Shown: in pieces, positions 49,377 through 57,636 of the stretch
Layout of the letters: every line of letters begins with the position of its first letter
Position numbering within the stretch: position 1 is the first letter of the stretch
DNA from: Betaproteobacteria bacterium
Lineage (GTDB): Bacteria > Pseudomonadota > Gammaproteobacteria > Burkholderiales > SG8-39
NCBI GenBank assembly: GCA_022340285.1
Contig: JAJDOG010000010.1
Coordinates: 11,624-75,623 of the forward strand
Direction of reading: 5' to 3'
DNA: 64,000 nt
Notes under the pieces: generated by a model
Seen by the model: the letters and a program-made list of their open reading frames with translations, nothing else
The model's database searches: none
Told to the model about the DNA's origin: nothing
Position numbers and translations under genes: made by a program

Positions 49377-50137
49377 TGCGAAGGATCGATTTCAACTGCG
49401 ACATGGGCGAGGGCTTCGGCGCCTGGCGCATGGGCGACGACATCGCGCTGCTTGACCACGTCACATCGGCGAACGTCGCATGCGGATTTCATGCCGGCGA
49501 CCCGGCCACGATTCGCCGCACGGTGAAGGCTGCGGTGGAGAAGGGGGTGGCGATCGGTGCGCATCCTTCGCTCCCCGATCTGCAGGGTTTCGGGCGGCGC
49601 CCCATGCACGTCAGCCCCGAAGAGATTTACGACATCATCGTCTACCAGGTGGGTGCAGTCGACGCGTTTGCACGCGCCTGCGGTGGCCGCCTGCGCCACG
49701 TCAAGGCGCACGGCGCCCTGTACAACATGGCCGCGAAAGATCGCGCGCTCGCCGACGCCGTTGCCACAGCGGTGCGCGATGTGGATCGCTCGCTGGTGCT
49801 GTTCGGCCTCTCGGGAAGCGAGCTCATCGCCGCGGCGCAAGGCGTCGGCGTGACGCCGGCCGCCGAGGTTTTTGCCGACCGCTCCTACCAGGACGACGGG
49901 TCGCTCACGCCGCGTGGGCGACCCGGGGCCATGATCGAGGACGTCGAAACGTCGATCGATCAGGTCAAGCGAATGGTGCTCGATGGAATCGTGCGTGCAC
50001 AGAGCGGCAGAGAGGTGCCGGTTCAAGCCGACACGCTTTGCATCCACGGTGATCAGCCGGGCGCGCTCGAATTCGCGCAACGCATTCGCGCGGCGCTCGA
50101 GCAGGAGGGCGCCGAGGTCCGCGCCATTGGCGCGTGA
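49376..50137 (+). CDS. pxpA: 5-oxoprolinase subunit A (LamB/YcsF)
   Basis: IDFNCDMGEGFG, SANVACGFHAGDP, GAHPS, HVKAHGALYN, EVFADR.Y, TLCIHGD. Confidence 0.92.
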   Translation: MRRIDFNCDMGEGFGAWRMGDDIALLDHVTSANVACGFHAGDPATIRRTVKAAVEKGVAIGAHPSLPDLQGFGRRPMHVSPEEIYDIIVYQVGAVDAFARACGGRLRHVKAHGALYNMAAKDRALADAVATAVRDVDRSLVLFGLSGSELIAAAQGVGVTPAAEVFADRSYQDDGSLTPRGRPGAMIEDVETSIDQVKRMVLDGIVRAQSGREVPVQADTLCIHGDQPGALEFAQRIRAALEQEGAEVRAIGA

Positions 50138-50225
50138 GGTGTCACCAGGGGCGCTCCAACAGATCTCGGCGGTCTACTCTATGCAAGGGAGCGGCATTGT
50201 GACATCTCGGTAGCGGAGGAAAAAC

Positions 50226-51248
50226 ATGGTGATGCCGATTACAGACGTTCGAGAGATCTCGCGTATCGCGTACGGTTTCATGGGCTCGAAGGCGCTTTTC
50301 TCCGCTCTGAACCTGGATCTCTTCAGCCGCCTCGCTGCTGGCAAAAAGTCCTTGGAAAAGCTGGTCGAGGAAACGGGTGTTGCCTCAAATCGATTGAGAA
50401 CGCTACTCGCGGCGCTGACGTCCATTGGCCTGGTCGTCCGCGACGACAATGGCTACCAGAATGCCCCTGCCAGCGAGCGGTACCTTGTGCGGGAAGCGCC
50501 GGCCTACTTCGGCGACTATTATCGCTATCAAATCGATCGACAAATATATCCAGCCTTGCTGCACCTCGATTCGGGAATCGCGGGCGACGCAACCGGCCTC
50601 GCATTTGAAACACTTGCTGGCCTGACCAGCGATCCGGATGAAGCCGACGCCTTCACCCGAGCGCAACACTCCGGGTCGATGGGCCCAGCGTTGATGCTGG
50701 CCAAGACCCTCAACCTTGAAGGCGTGAGGGCGCTTCTCGACGTCGGTTGTGGAAGCGGAGCTTTTTCGATCGCTTTGTGCCAGCGAAATCCAGAGCTCAG
50801 AGCAACCGTCCTGGACTTCCCGAACGTGATCGCTGTAGCAGAGCGCTTTGTGACGGAAGCGAACCTCCAAAACCGCGTTGTGTACCTTCGCGGCGACGCT
50901 GTCGATACACCTTGGCCCATCAGCCAGGACGCCGTATTGATGTCCTATCTCCTCAGCGCCGTGGCCGAACCGGCCATTCCACTGCTGTTTCGCAAAGCGT
51001 GGCATGCGCTGCGTCCGGGCGGGCGCTTGTTGATCCACGATTTCATGCTCGACGCCGACGAGACGGGTCCGGCTTCGGCCGCTCTATTTTTCCTGCAGTA
51101 TCTTTCTTACAGGGTGGATGGCGTCTGCTTCAGCGCGGAGACTTTAGCTGCGCAACTCGAGGGTCTTGGCTTCAAAGGCATCTCAGATCAAATCGTCATT
51201 CCCAGCATTACGAAACTCGTCGTTTGCGCGAAGCCGAAACAGATATAG
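50226..51248 (+). CDS. Class I SAM methyltransferase (dimerisation + Methyltransf_2), DsyB-like
   Basis: LLDVGCGSG SAM motif; IAYGFMGSKALF, FGDY.R.Q.DRQ, QH.GS.GPA, DFPNV, QDA.LMSYL, GGRLLIHDF; GGAGG RBS. Confidence 0.8.
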   Translation: MVMPITDVREISRIAYGFMGSKALFSALNLDLFSRLAAGKKSLEKLVEETGVASNRLRTLLAALTSIGLVVRDDNGYQNAPASERYLVREAPAYFGDYYRYQIDRQIYPALLHLDSGIAGDATGLAFETLAGLTSDPDEADAFTRAQHSGSMGPALMLAKTLNLEGVRALLDVGCGSGAFSIALCQRNPELRATVLDFPNVIAVAERFVTEANLQNRVVYLRGDAVDTPWPISQDAVLMSYLLSAVAEPAIPLLFRKAWHALRPGGRLLIHDFMLDADETGPASAALFFLQYLSYRVDGVCFSAETLAAQLEGLGFKGISDQIVIPSITKLVVCAKPKQI

Positions 51249-51323
51249 ATGCTCCTCGGACCACGCGCGAGTGTCGCACTGAGGAGAACATGGCGTGACC
51301 ATCTGCTAGAATCTCGCCTCCGC

Positions 51324-51413
51324 GGAGAGGTGGCAGAGTGGTCGAATGCGGCAGACTCGAAATCTGTTGTACGGTTTACCGTACCGGGGGTTCGAATCCC
51401 TCCCTCTCCGCCA
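51324..51413 (+). tRNA. tRNA-Ser(CGA)
   Basis: GGAGAGG acceptor stem, anticodon arm GCAGA-CTCGAAA-TCTGT, long variable arm, GGTTCGAATCC, encoded CCA. Confidence 0.97.
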
Positions 51414-51579
51414 AGGAAATTCTATTGAATTGTCCGGATCTTCCATAAGTTACCCAGCGCACCTGCCAGGAAGACCGCCGCGTGCGGCCAAATTCGAAGC
51501 TTCTCGGTGCGAGCGCAGAAATGGCGTGCGAGGCGATGTCGGAAACCGGGTGAAACTCTTGTTGTAACGCCTTGGCGCT

Positions 51580-52680
51580 CTAAGCGGCTGACGTAATACC
51601 GCTCGCCGACTTTCTCGCCATGACCACACCAGCAATCGCTCCCAGGATAGCCCCGACTGGCGCGGCGAACACCATTGCGTAGAGTGATCCAAACCCGACG
51701 GCGTACGCCGCTGCGAAACTTAGTATGAATCCGACTATCGTCGTGGCCACCGGTCTAAAACGCATCCCACCTATCGCTCCCGCGACCCCCCCGGCGGTCC
51801 CCATAATCAGAATGATCTCTGGCGGCACCCTTCCCATCGAGGCGCCGAGCACCATCCCGACCACGGCCCCAAGAACTCCTCCCATCAACCTGCGCCAAAA
51901 AGCGACCTTGCGCGTGGTTGCGTTCATAGGCTTCCGACCGCGGATTGCCGGAAGTGCTTCGGTTTGTGGCGAGTTGTTGTTGGAGCGGGCCTGACCGTGT
52001 CCCGCAGAAGAGCTAGCGGGGAGCGGCGGAACTTTGTCGATACTGAGAAGTTCGTTGATTTCTTCACCGATAGCGGCGAATAGATCGCGGCGCGCTTGCA
52101 AGCCTTTCAGCAGCGCGCGTCCGTCCTTGGCCGTATCCGGATCGCGCAGACTCCTCTTGAGCTCCAGCAGCAACGCGCTTTGGTCGGCGAAGTTTAGGTT
52201 GCAGGTCGCATCAATCTTTTCCCGGAGCCCTCCAAGGTAAGAGAGCGGTACTTCAGGCGCCTGCGGCAAGGGCTGAGGAAGTGGCTTCGGGGGAGGTATG
52301 ACACTAATTGCTCTGGCGAGGCGGAGCGCCGAGCTCCGATCCTGCACTTGGTAGTCGACGAATTGAACCGTTGAAAGCGCAGGTGGCAGCAGTCCAGCCG
52401 ATATCCCCTCGGCCACAACGACGGGCAAGATCGGTTTGCCCAGATCCGTAGCGTATCCGTATTCGCGCTTGACGGCGATGGACCTTACCGCTTCGGGGGC
52501 CAGAGCGACGAGAACAACGTCCGAGTTACGAATATTCGCCAGAATCTGATCCCACCAAGCCTGTCCGCCACTTAGCTCCTGATCGAACCACACGTCGTGG
52601 CCTAACGTATCGATGTCGTTCGCTAGGGCTTTGACGGCAGCTTCACTCTGCCGGCTGTAGCAAATGAAGACTCTCGCCAT
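51580..52680 (-). CDS. TIR-domain protein with helical middle domain and C-terminal Gly-rich transmembrane region
   Basis: VFICYSR, VWFDQEL.GG..WW..I...I, catalytic-position Glu in VKREY, KPILPV; about four hydrophobic segments at the C-terminus. Confidence 0.85.
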   Translation of the reverse strand: MARVFICYSRQSEAAVKALANDIDTLGHDVWFDQELSGGQAWWDQILANIRNSDVVLVALAPEAVRSIAVKREYGYATDLGKPILPVVVAEGISAGLLPPALSTVQFVDYQVQDRSSALRLARAISVIPPPKPLPQPLPQAPEVPLSYLGGLREKIDATCNLNFADQSALLLELKRSLRDPDTAKDGRALLKGLQARRDLFAAIGEEINELLSIDKVPPLPASSSAGHGQARSNNNSPQTEALPAIRGRKPMNATTRKVAFWRRLMGGVLGAVVGMVLGASMGRVPPEIILIMGTAGGVAGAIGGMRFRPVATTIVGFILSFAAAYAVGFGSLYAMVFAAPVGAILGAIAGVVMARKSASGITSAA

Positions 52681-53059
52681 GTGTATCCATCCTGTCCATG
52701 TGTTCCAAGGCGTAAAGAATCGTTTTCGTTCGCGTCGGGCGGTTGAAAGTCGACTGCCCGACGTTGGTCATATTGGCTACGCCAGCGGTAGTTTGCAGCG
52801 TCATGTGACAGCGGAGTTTTGTGATGAATTCACACTTGTCTCCCTGGTGCCGCAGGCCTGCGGTTTCCGTTCAAAGGAACACTTGTCGCAGTCACTGTCG
52901 CAGAAGAGCAAGCGCGGATGAACGCCCAGCGAAACACGTCACCGTAGCGCTGTGAAGCGCGGTGTTGTTGGTCCCGTCAGGAAGCCCGCCGCGTGCGGGC
53001 ATACTTGTCTCGGGATATGGCGCGACCCCAGCCCGGTCGCCGTGGGAGTGGCGTCCACG

Positions 53060-53073
53060 TTGATTCTAGTCAA
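53060..53073. promoter_or_regulatory. FNR-like box
   Basis: TTGAT-TCTA-GTCAA, 9/10 match to TTGAT-N4-ATCAA, intergenic. Confidence 0.45.
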
Positions 53074-53140
53074 TACGCGCGCCCAGTCTCGGAAGGACCA
53101 TCGATTTGTGGAGGCCAGGGGGCACACGCCACGGGCCGAC

Positions 53141-53758
53141 TCACTGGCGAAGAGGAAGATGCTCTGGAGGACTCGCCTCGATCCACTGACGGAATGCCGT
53201 CATCATCTCGGCGGTGCGGCGCTTGGCGATCCACATGTAGAGAGGCGTGGGCACGAACCAGCCGATCTCTACGTAGGATTCGTAGGCAAGGAGAACCGTA
53301 CCTGCGCGCGGCGTGTCGCGAATCTCCCAGCCGCCTTCGATCCGCTCGAGATCGCCCGAGAGTCTGCGCCAGCTCAGGTGGTGACCGGGGCGATCGTAAC
53401 GACGCTCGAGGACATAGTGAAGCTTGTCGATCTCGCCTTCGACCCAGAGCTCGACCACTGCGTGGTGGGCATCTTGCTCCAGCACGTCCATGCGGTCGAT
53501 GCCCTTGAAGATCTTCGGAAAGTTTTCATAGTCGACCAGCGTGCTCCATACGCGCTCGCGCGAGGCAACCACCGCGAAGATCGCACGCACTCCGGGCACG
53601 CCATCGAGACTCGACACTTCGGTGACCTCGATGGCTCGCTTGTCCAGAAGCGCCGCCCAGCCGGCTGCCGAGAGCGACACGCTCTCCGCCGCTCCGCAAT
53701 GCGGCACGGTGAGCGCTGCCACCAGTGCGAGCACAGTGGCGAGCCTCAGTATTCCCAT
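53141..53758 (-). CDS. Exported SRPBCC/START (polyketide cyclase-like) lipid-binding protein
   Basis: Signal peptide; ASRERVWSTLVDYENFPKIF, SWRRLSGDL..IEGGW, long C-terminal helix. Confidence 0.75.
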   Translation of the reverse strand: MGILRLATVLALVAALTVPHCGAAESVSLSAAGWAALLDKRAIEVTEVSSLDGVPGVRAIFAVVASRERVWSTLVDYENFPKIFKGIDRMDVLEQDAHHAVVELWVEGEIDKLHYVLERRYDRPGHHLSWRRLSGDLERIEGGWEIRDTPRAGTVLLAYESYVEIGWFVPTPLYMWIAKRRTAEMMTAFRQWIEASPPEHLPLRQ

Positions 53759-53862
53759 ACCTGTTACGGTACTCGCGGTGGCTCGACCCGTGCAACCGGC
53801 TTCCGCCAAGGGGACTCGAGGAACGAACTCGTGTGTATGTCTTCCCCCGCGAAAGCACGGCC

Positions 53863-54780
53863 ATGAGCGTGCAATCGAATCCGCGCCTGATGGCGCCGCT
53901 GGGACCGTTTCGTCATCGCGTGGACATCGCGCCCTTCACGGTGATCATGGCGCTCTCCACCGTGCAGCTCGGCCTGTTTTTCGGCACCGAGTCGACACTT
54001 ATTCGCGTTGCTGGAATGGTGGCGGTATGGCCGGCCACGACAATCGCCATCGCGATCGCGCACAGCCACTTCCATGTGCCCACTTTTCGGTGGCCCCTGC
54101 TGAACCGATTGTATGAATTCGTCTTCTTCTATCAGTCCGGGATGCCGAGCTACGGCTGGCAGCTCAATCACAATTTTGGTCATCATCAGCACTATCTGAA
54201 ACAGAACTCCGATGCAGCTTACCGCGACGAATATTATTGGCTCGAGCCTGACGGCACGGTCACCCGGAAATTGCGTTACGTCCTTCGTACAGTGACCCTG
54301 GCGTACCTGTACCCGATCCGAAACAGGCGGCTACGGCCCGACTACCTGAGAAAGATGGGCGCAGTCATGCTGCTCCACGCGATCGTGCTCGCGATACTGT
54401 TCATGTACGACGTGCTCGGCACGCTGATATGTTTCGTATCCATCATCGTGGCGAACATGTTCGTCAATACGTATTTCAGCTATTCGCACCATGCCGGTCT
54501 GTCGCTCAGCGATCGGTTCGGGGCGTCCTACACGAACCTTAGCCGCCTTGAGAATCTGATCACGTTCAATACCGGGTACCACACGGCACATCACGTCAGG
54601 GCGAGCGTCCATTGGTATGCGCTGCCCGCGTTTCACGCCTCGATCGCAGCACGCATTCCCGCTCACTGCTACCTTTCCGGAGGGCTGACGTGGAAAGAAG
54701 CTACAGCACAACTCGCGCGCACGCGCGCTGGACAGCCCTCCTTCGCCGTGCCGAGCGTGCCTGTAGAACGTCCAGGCTAG
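53863..54780 (+). CDS. Membrane fatty acid desaturase family protein (copy 1)
   Basis: His boxes HSHFH, HNFGHHQH, YSHH, YHTAHH; TM helices. Confidence 0.85.
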   Translation: MSVQSNPRLMAPLGPFRHRVDIAPFTVIMALSTVQLGLFFGTESTLIRVAGMVAVWPATTIAIAIAHSHFHVPTFRWPLLNRLYEFVFFYQSGMPSYGWQLNHNFGHHQHYLKQNSDAAYRDEYYWLEPDGTVTRKLRYVLRTVTLAYLYPIRNRRLRPDYLRKMGAVMLLHAIVLAILFMYDVLGTLICFVSIIVANMFVNTYFSYSHHAGLSLSDRFGASYTNLSRLENLITFNTGYHTAHHVRASVHWYALPAFHASIAARIPAHCYLSGGLTWKEATAQLARTRAGQPSFAVPSVPVERPG

Positions 54781-54785
54781 TGGCC

Positions 54786-55697
54786 ATGCCGCTTGGGCCG
54801 GAATTCGTCCCCCACGCAGGCGCTCCCGAAGAGCGGGTGCGCTCGAGAGGCGGGCAATCAACCTCGTTGCCGGGCGGGCGGCTTCTGAGGCATCGTATAG
54901 ATGCTGGACCGGTCTTGTACGTTCTGACAATCGCGGCCGTCCAGGCCGTGTTGTTCCTCCAACCCTCTGCGCTGATGACTGTCCTCGGTGTGGCCATACT
55001 CTGGCCGCTGCAGACGCGCTCCATCTACATTGCCCACAATCACTACCATCGCCGCATCTTCCGGTGGCGGGCACTGAACCTGGCGTTCGAGACGTCGCTC
55101 TTTCTCCAGACCGGCATGCCGAGCTTCGGCTTTCCCCTGCATCATAACTTCGGCCATCACCGGCACTATCGAAATCAGGATCCCGCGGATCCCGATTCCG
55201 ATCCGCATCGCTGGCTCGGATCCGACGGTCAACGACTGAGCCGGTGGGTCTACGCCTGGCGACTCTTGAGCGAAGCGGTGCCAGTGGGGCGGCGTCTCGG
55301 GCTGCGCTTCCCACGTCTCTGGCGAAATTTCTTGATCGTATCGGCGTGCTATGCCGTAGTGCTCGGCGTCCTGCTCACGGCGCGACCCTTTCACGCGTTT
55401 GCGGTGTTTATCGTGCCGATGGCGCTCTGCCTCTTCGCGCTTGCTTGGTCGACCTACGTACATCACCTGGGTCTACCGACGGCTGATCCGTTGAGCGCGT
55501 CGTACACGAACGTCGGCTACTGGTCCAACCGCTGGGGCTACAACATCGGCTACCACACGGCCCACCACCTCAAGCCCGGGCTGCACTGGTCGAAGCTTCC
55601 AGTGCTCCATGCCCGTATCGCAGACCGGGTGCCACCGCACTGCTACTACGAAGGCGAGGTGGCGCCGTACGCGAGAATGCATTGGCCGTTGCCCTAG
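54786..55697 (+). CDS. Membrane fatty acid desaturase family protein (copy 2)
   Basis: His boxes HNHYH, HHNFGHHRH, YVHH, YHTAHH; 5 nt after copy 1. Confidence 0.85.
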   Translation: MPLGPEFVPHAGAPEERVRSRGGQSTSLPGGRLLRHRIDAGPVLYVLTIAAVQAVLFLQPSALMTVLGVAILWPLQTRSIYIAHNHYHRRIFRWRALNLAFETSLFLQTGMPSFGFPLHHNFGHHRHYRNQDPADPDSDPHRWLGSDGQRLSRWVYAWRLLSEAVPVGRRLGLRFPRLWRNFLIVSACYAVVLGVLLTARPFHAFAVFIVPMALCLFALAWSTYVHHLGLPTADPLSASYTNVGYWSNRWGYNIGYHTAHHLKPGLHWSKLPVLHARIADRVPPHCYYEGEVAPYARMHWPLP

Positions 55698-55718
55698 ACG
55701 TCAGCCGCGGGTACGCCG

Positions 55719-55732
55719 TTGACCTAGATCAA
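55719..55732. promoter_or_regulatory. FNR-like box upstream of the GNAT gene
   Basis: TTGAC-CTAG-ATCAA, 9/10 match, intergenic. Confidence 0.5.
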
Positions 55733-55816
55733 TCGTCGGCCGCACCGTCCGAGTAGGTTGTATCAAGAGAGTCGGCCAAGGCCGCCTTCTTCGATGCGGC
55801 AGAAGGGAATGCGGTA

Positions 55817-56557
55817 ATGCGCGTCGGAACGAGATCTCCGGTCGACCACGGCCCGAAACCCCTTCGGCGGCCGCCCCATACGCCGGTCGCTACGTTGTCC
55901 ACGGCCGTTGCATGCCCATACGCGGCCAGTGTAGACGAAGCGCTCATCCCGGCGGACCGTGAGGAATCGCGTAACGGCCTTTCGACGGAACCTGCGATCG
56001 TTTACCGCAGAGCGACACCGAGCGATCTCGACGGGATCTGTGCGGTAGCAGAAGCCGTCAGGCTCGATGCTGGGCACGCGCAGGAGGGCGGGTTCCTGGT
56101 CTACGTGCACGACAGGCAGGAATATGCCGACCGGCTCGCCGCGTCCGACCTCTTCTACGTGGCAATCGACCGCGGAGAGGTGATCGGATTCCTGGTCTGC
56201 TTTGACGATCGCACGACCGCGGATCTCGTCGCGCGAGGCGTCGAGAGCGACTATCTTCTGCGCGCACGCGCGGTGGCGGGATGCGAGGGAAGATGGGTAT
56301 GCGCAGACCAACTCGCCACACATCCGGCACACACCAAGCGGGGGATCGGCGTGTACTTGGTATGGGCAATCTTCCATGAGATAAGGCGCCGGGGCATCGG
56401 CTCCGTGTTCGCCAGGATCCTGCACGACCCTCCGAACTCCCGGGCGAAAGCGTTCTGCGAAACGCTTGGCTTCGTTTTCCGGGGAGTCCTGCCTTCCGAG
56501 GACGGCAGGCCATGGGGAATCTACAGCCGCAACGTGCCGGGGGTGCAGACCGGTTGA
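55817..56557 (+). CDS. GNAT family acyltransferase (start uncertain)
   Basis: YRRATPSDL, VIGFL, acyl-CoA motif QLATHPAHTKRGIG, N..A..F.E.LGF. Confidence 0.75.
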   Translation: MRVGTRSPVDHGPKPLRRPPHTPVATLSTAVACPYAASVDEALIPADREESRNGLSTEPAIVYRRATPSDLDGICAVAEAVRLDAGHAQEGGFLVYVHDRQEYADRLAASDLFYVAIDRGEVIGFLVCFDDRTTADLVARGVESDYLLRARAVAGCEGRWVCADQLATHPAHTKRGIGVYLVWAIFHEIRRRGIGSVFARILHDPPNSRAKAFCETLGFVFRGVLPSEDGRPWGIYSRNVPGVQTG

Positions 56558-56646
56558 TTACAGCTACAGCAAGTCGAGGTTCCGCACCGCGCAGGTCCAG
56601 CTAGGCGACGAGAGCTCATCCAAGAAGACGGATTAGAAAGAGTCGC

Positions 56647-57381
56647 ATGTATCCCACCTTCGAGACATTCAGTTCCCTCTGGTGGCAAACCTCCGGTGCG
56701 ACCATCGCGTTCACCGTCCTGATGCTCCTTGTCCTCCGCTTCCTGACACCGGAGCAGCGAGCGATTTACGCAAGAGGGCTGGGCTGGATGATGCTGCTGT
56801 GGATTGCTCTGCCACCGATGCTGCACGTGCTCCTGGGGTACTGGCGTCTCGGCTACGGCTTGCCCTTGCAATGGTGCGATTACACGGGCGGCGTCGCGGG
56901 GCTTGCGCTCCTGACCCGCAGGCAACTGTTCTACGAGCTGTCGCTGTTCTGGGGCATCACGGGTGCCGCGACCGCGATGGCTACGCCGCAGTTTACGCAA
57001 GGCACCGACTGGCTCTTCCTCACCGAATTCTTCGTATCCCACAGCATCCTGATGACGGCCCCGTTCTTCCTGTCGATCTACGAGGGTATGCGCCCGCGGC
57101 CCTGGTCGTGGCTCCGTTCCCTCGGTTGGCTGAACGTCGCTGCGCTGGTGGTCGGCGCTTTCGACTACCTAGTCGACGCGAACTACATGTTTCTCTTCAC
57201 GGCGCCCAATGCCGCAAACGTTCCGCTATTCCAGATCGAATGGCCGTATTACTTGATCGGGTTCGATATCGGGTGCCTGGTCATGTTTACCCTGATTTAT
57301 CTCCCTTTCTGGTTCACGAGGCGGGAGGAAATCGGCGCAGACGCCTGGATGGAATCTTCCGCCAGCGACCGGTGCGGCTGA
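56647..57381 (+). CDS. YwaF/TIGR02206 (TMEM164-related) integral membrane protein
   Basis: LPLQWC, GA..AMATP, FFVSH, ANYMFL, WPYY motifs; about six TM helices. Confidence 0.75.
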   Translation: MYPTFETFSSLWWQTSGATIAFTVLMLLVLRFLTPEQRAIYARGLGWMMLLWIALPPMLHVLLGYWRLGYGLPLQWCDYTGGVAGLALLTRRQLFYELSLFWGITGAATAMATPQFTQGTDWLFLTEFFVSHSILMTAPFFLSIYEGMRPRPWSWLRSLGWLNVAALVVGAFDYLVDANYMFLFTAPNAANVPLFQIEWPYYLIGFDIGCLVMFTLIYLPFWFTRREEIGADAWMESSASDRCG

Positions 57382-57636
57382 TGGCGAGCGCCTCGCGCGA
57401 CAGGATAGGCATCAAGGATGGACGTGAACGCAGACCCTATCAGGTGACGCAACACGGCTCAAGACGCAGTCGCCTTCTGGTGCGAGAAGCACCGGCTGGT
57501 CGTCGTGTTTTCCTGCGGGTGGCGGGACCGGGAGGCAGGGGCAAACACGAAGGCCGTGCCGGGTCTGTATCGCTTGACGCAGCTTGTTCCAGGGTCGAGA
57601 GCAACTTACGGGTTGCGTGCCTTCCGGGCATGAGGC

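Noticed and set aside
51414-51579. Integrase remnant, att duplication or integron attC after the tRNA
   Set aside because: No integrase-like ORF, no second copy of the tRNA 3' end seen, and no convincing attC box pairing
52820-52834. CRP site
   Set aside because: TGTGA and TCACA are 5 nt apart, not the required 6
57382-57636. Small gene between the YwaF-like and CocE genes
   Set aside because: Open stretches lack a good start and RBS, and show no motif or codon bias
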